A stretch of DNA of 63,606 nt, filler included, from Chiloscyllium plagiosum (lineage: Eukaryota), in NCBI RefSeq assembly GCF_004010195.1. It is 4 parts of one record of this genome, joined end to end, with 100 filler letters (N's around TTAATTAATTAA, not from the genome) between each part and the next. Parts side by side here need not be neighbours in the genome. Positions count along the whole stretch, not along the records: positions 62,557 to 63,606 come from NC_057714.1; 3 more parts are not named here. One strand, given 5' to 3'. A program made the position numbers and the translations under genes. This document shows positions 62,653 through 63,606 of this stretch, in pieces; within the stretch, counting starts at the first letter, position 1, and each line of letters opens with the position of its first letter. The notes beneath the pieces are model-generated. The model was not told the origin of the DNA. It was given only the letters and a program-made list of their open reading frames with translations, and made no database searches.

Positions 62653-63595
62653 TCTGCGGTATGTCAGCCGGGTCTCTGGGCGGTATGTCAGCCTGATCTC
62701 TCAGCGGTATGTAAGCCCGGTCACTTTGTAATATGTCAGCACGGTCTCTCAGCAGGTATGTCAGCGCGGTCTCTCTGCGTTATGTCAGACAGGTCTCTGT
62801 GGTATGTCTGCCTGGTCACTGGGCAGTAAGTCAGCCCGGTCTCTCTGCACTATGTCAGCCCGGTCTCTCTGCGGTATGTCTGCCTGGTCTCTCTGCAGTA
62901 TGTCTGCCTGCTCTCTCTGCGGTATGTCAGCCGGGTCTCTGGGCGGTGTGTCAGCCTGATCTCTCAGCGGTATGTAAGCCCGGTCACTTTGTAATATGTC
63001 AGCACGGTCTCTCAGCAGGTATGTCAGCGCGGTCTCTCTGCGTTATGTCAGACAGGTCTCTGTGGTATGTCTGCCTGGTCACTGGGCAGTAAGTCAGCCC
63101 GGTCTCTCTGCACTATGTCAGCCCGGTCTCTCTGCGGTATGTCAGCACAATCTCTGGGCAGTATGTCAGCCCGGTCTCTGTGCGGTATGTTGGCCCAGTC
63201 TCTCTGCAGTATGTCAGCTCGGTCTCTCTGTGATACGTTAACCCGGTCTCCCGACGGTATATCGGCCCGGTCTCTCTGCGGTATGTCAACCCGGTCTCAC
63301 TGCGGTATGCCAGCCCGGTCTCCCTGTGGTATATCTGCCCGGTCTCTCTGCGGTATGTCAGCCCAGACTCTCTGCGGTGTGTCAGTCTGGTCACTGTGCG
63401 GTATGTCAGCCCGGTCTCTCTGCAGCGTGTCAGCCCAGTCTCTCTGTGGTATGTCAGTCCGGTCACTGCGAGGTATGTCAGGCCGGTCTCTGGGCGGTAT
63501 GTCAGTCCTGTCACTGCGCGGTATGTCAGGCCGGTCTCTGGGAGATATGTCAGCCCAGTTGCTGTGCAGTATGTCAGCCTGGTCTCTCTGCGGTA
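62650..63595. repeat. 24-bp GC-rich minisatellite (CAGCCCGGTCTCTCTGCGGTATGT)n with a 263-bp higher-order repeat
   Basis: About 39 units, with 8-aa periodicity in the ORF track. 62650-62880 recurs at 62913-63143. Confidence 0.93.
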
Positions 63596-63606
63596 TTAGA
63601 TTTAGA

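Noticed and set aside
62650..63595. CRISPR-like array or repeat-protein gene
   Set aside because: Units are contiguous with no unique spacers, the context is eukaryotic, and the open frames follow from a stop-free 24-bp unit.

Overview
Eukaryotic, repeat-saturated, apparently intronic/intergenic DNA. HE1-type tRNA SINEs and their partner CR1/HER1-like LINEs point to a cartilaginous fish, probably a shark (inference). No intact host gene was recognised. Almost all ORFs in the track are decayed TE fragments or antisense shadows. The window holds >20 CR1-clade LINE pieces (two near full length with Zn-finger/SGNH-esterase ORF1), about 9 HE1 SINEs or fragments, two decayed Gypsy pol regions plus a solo LTR, an L1/Tx1 3' end, a hAT-Charlie transposase relic, a probable Harbinger relic, a 24-bp minisatellite and three artificial 100-bp gap linkers. 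The most interesting signal is a Penelope-like element (PLE) system. Three sequence families carry minimal hammerhead ribozyme motifs (CTGAnGA-A-stem II-GAAA-palindromic ACGT/AGCT) with covarying stems. They occur at the 3' ends of RT/GIY-YIG-coding copies and as short (85-330 bp), non-coding fold-back elements flanked by 13-17 bp target-site duplications. Also seen: a twin-priming-type 5'-inverted CR1, a ~570-bp inverted duplication of a CR1 tail plus flank, a 145-bp templated insertion, a complex hairpin at an L1 5' junction, multi-tier TE nesting and one candidate 25-nt micro-exon. All calls were made by eye; boundaries of old elements are approximate.
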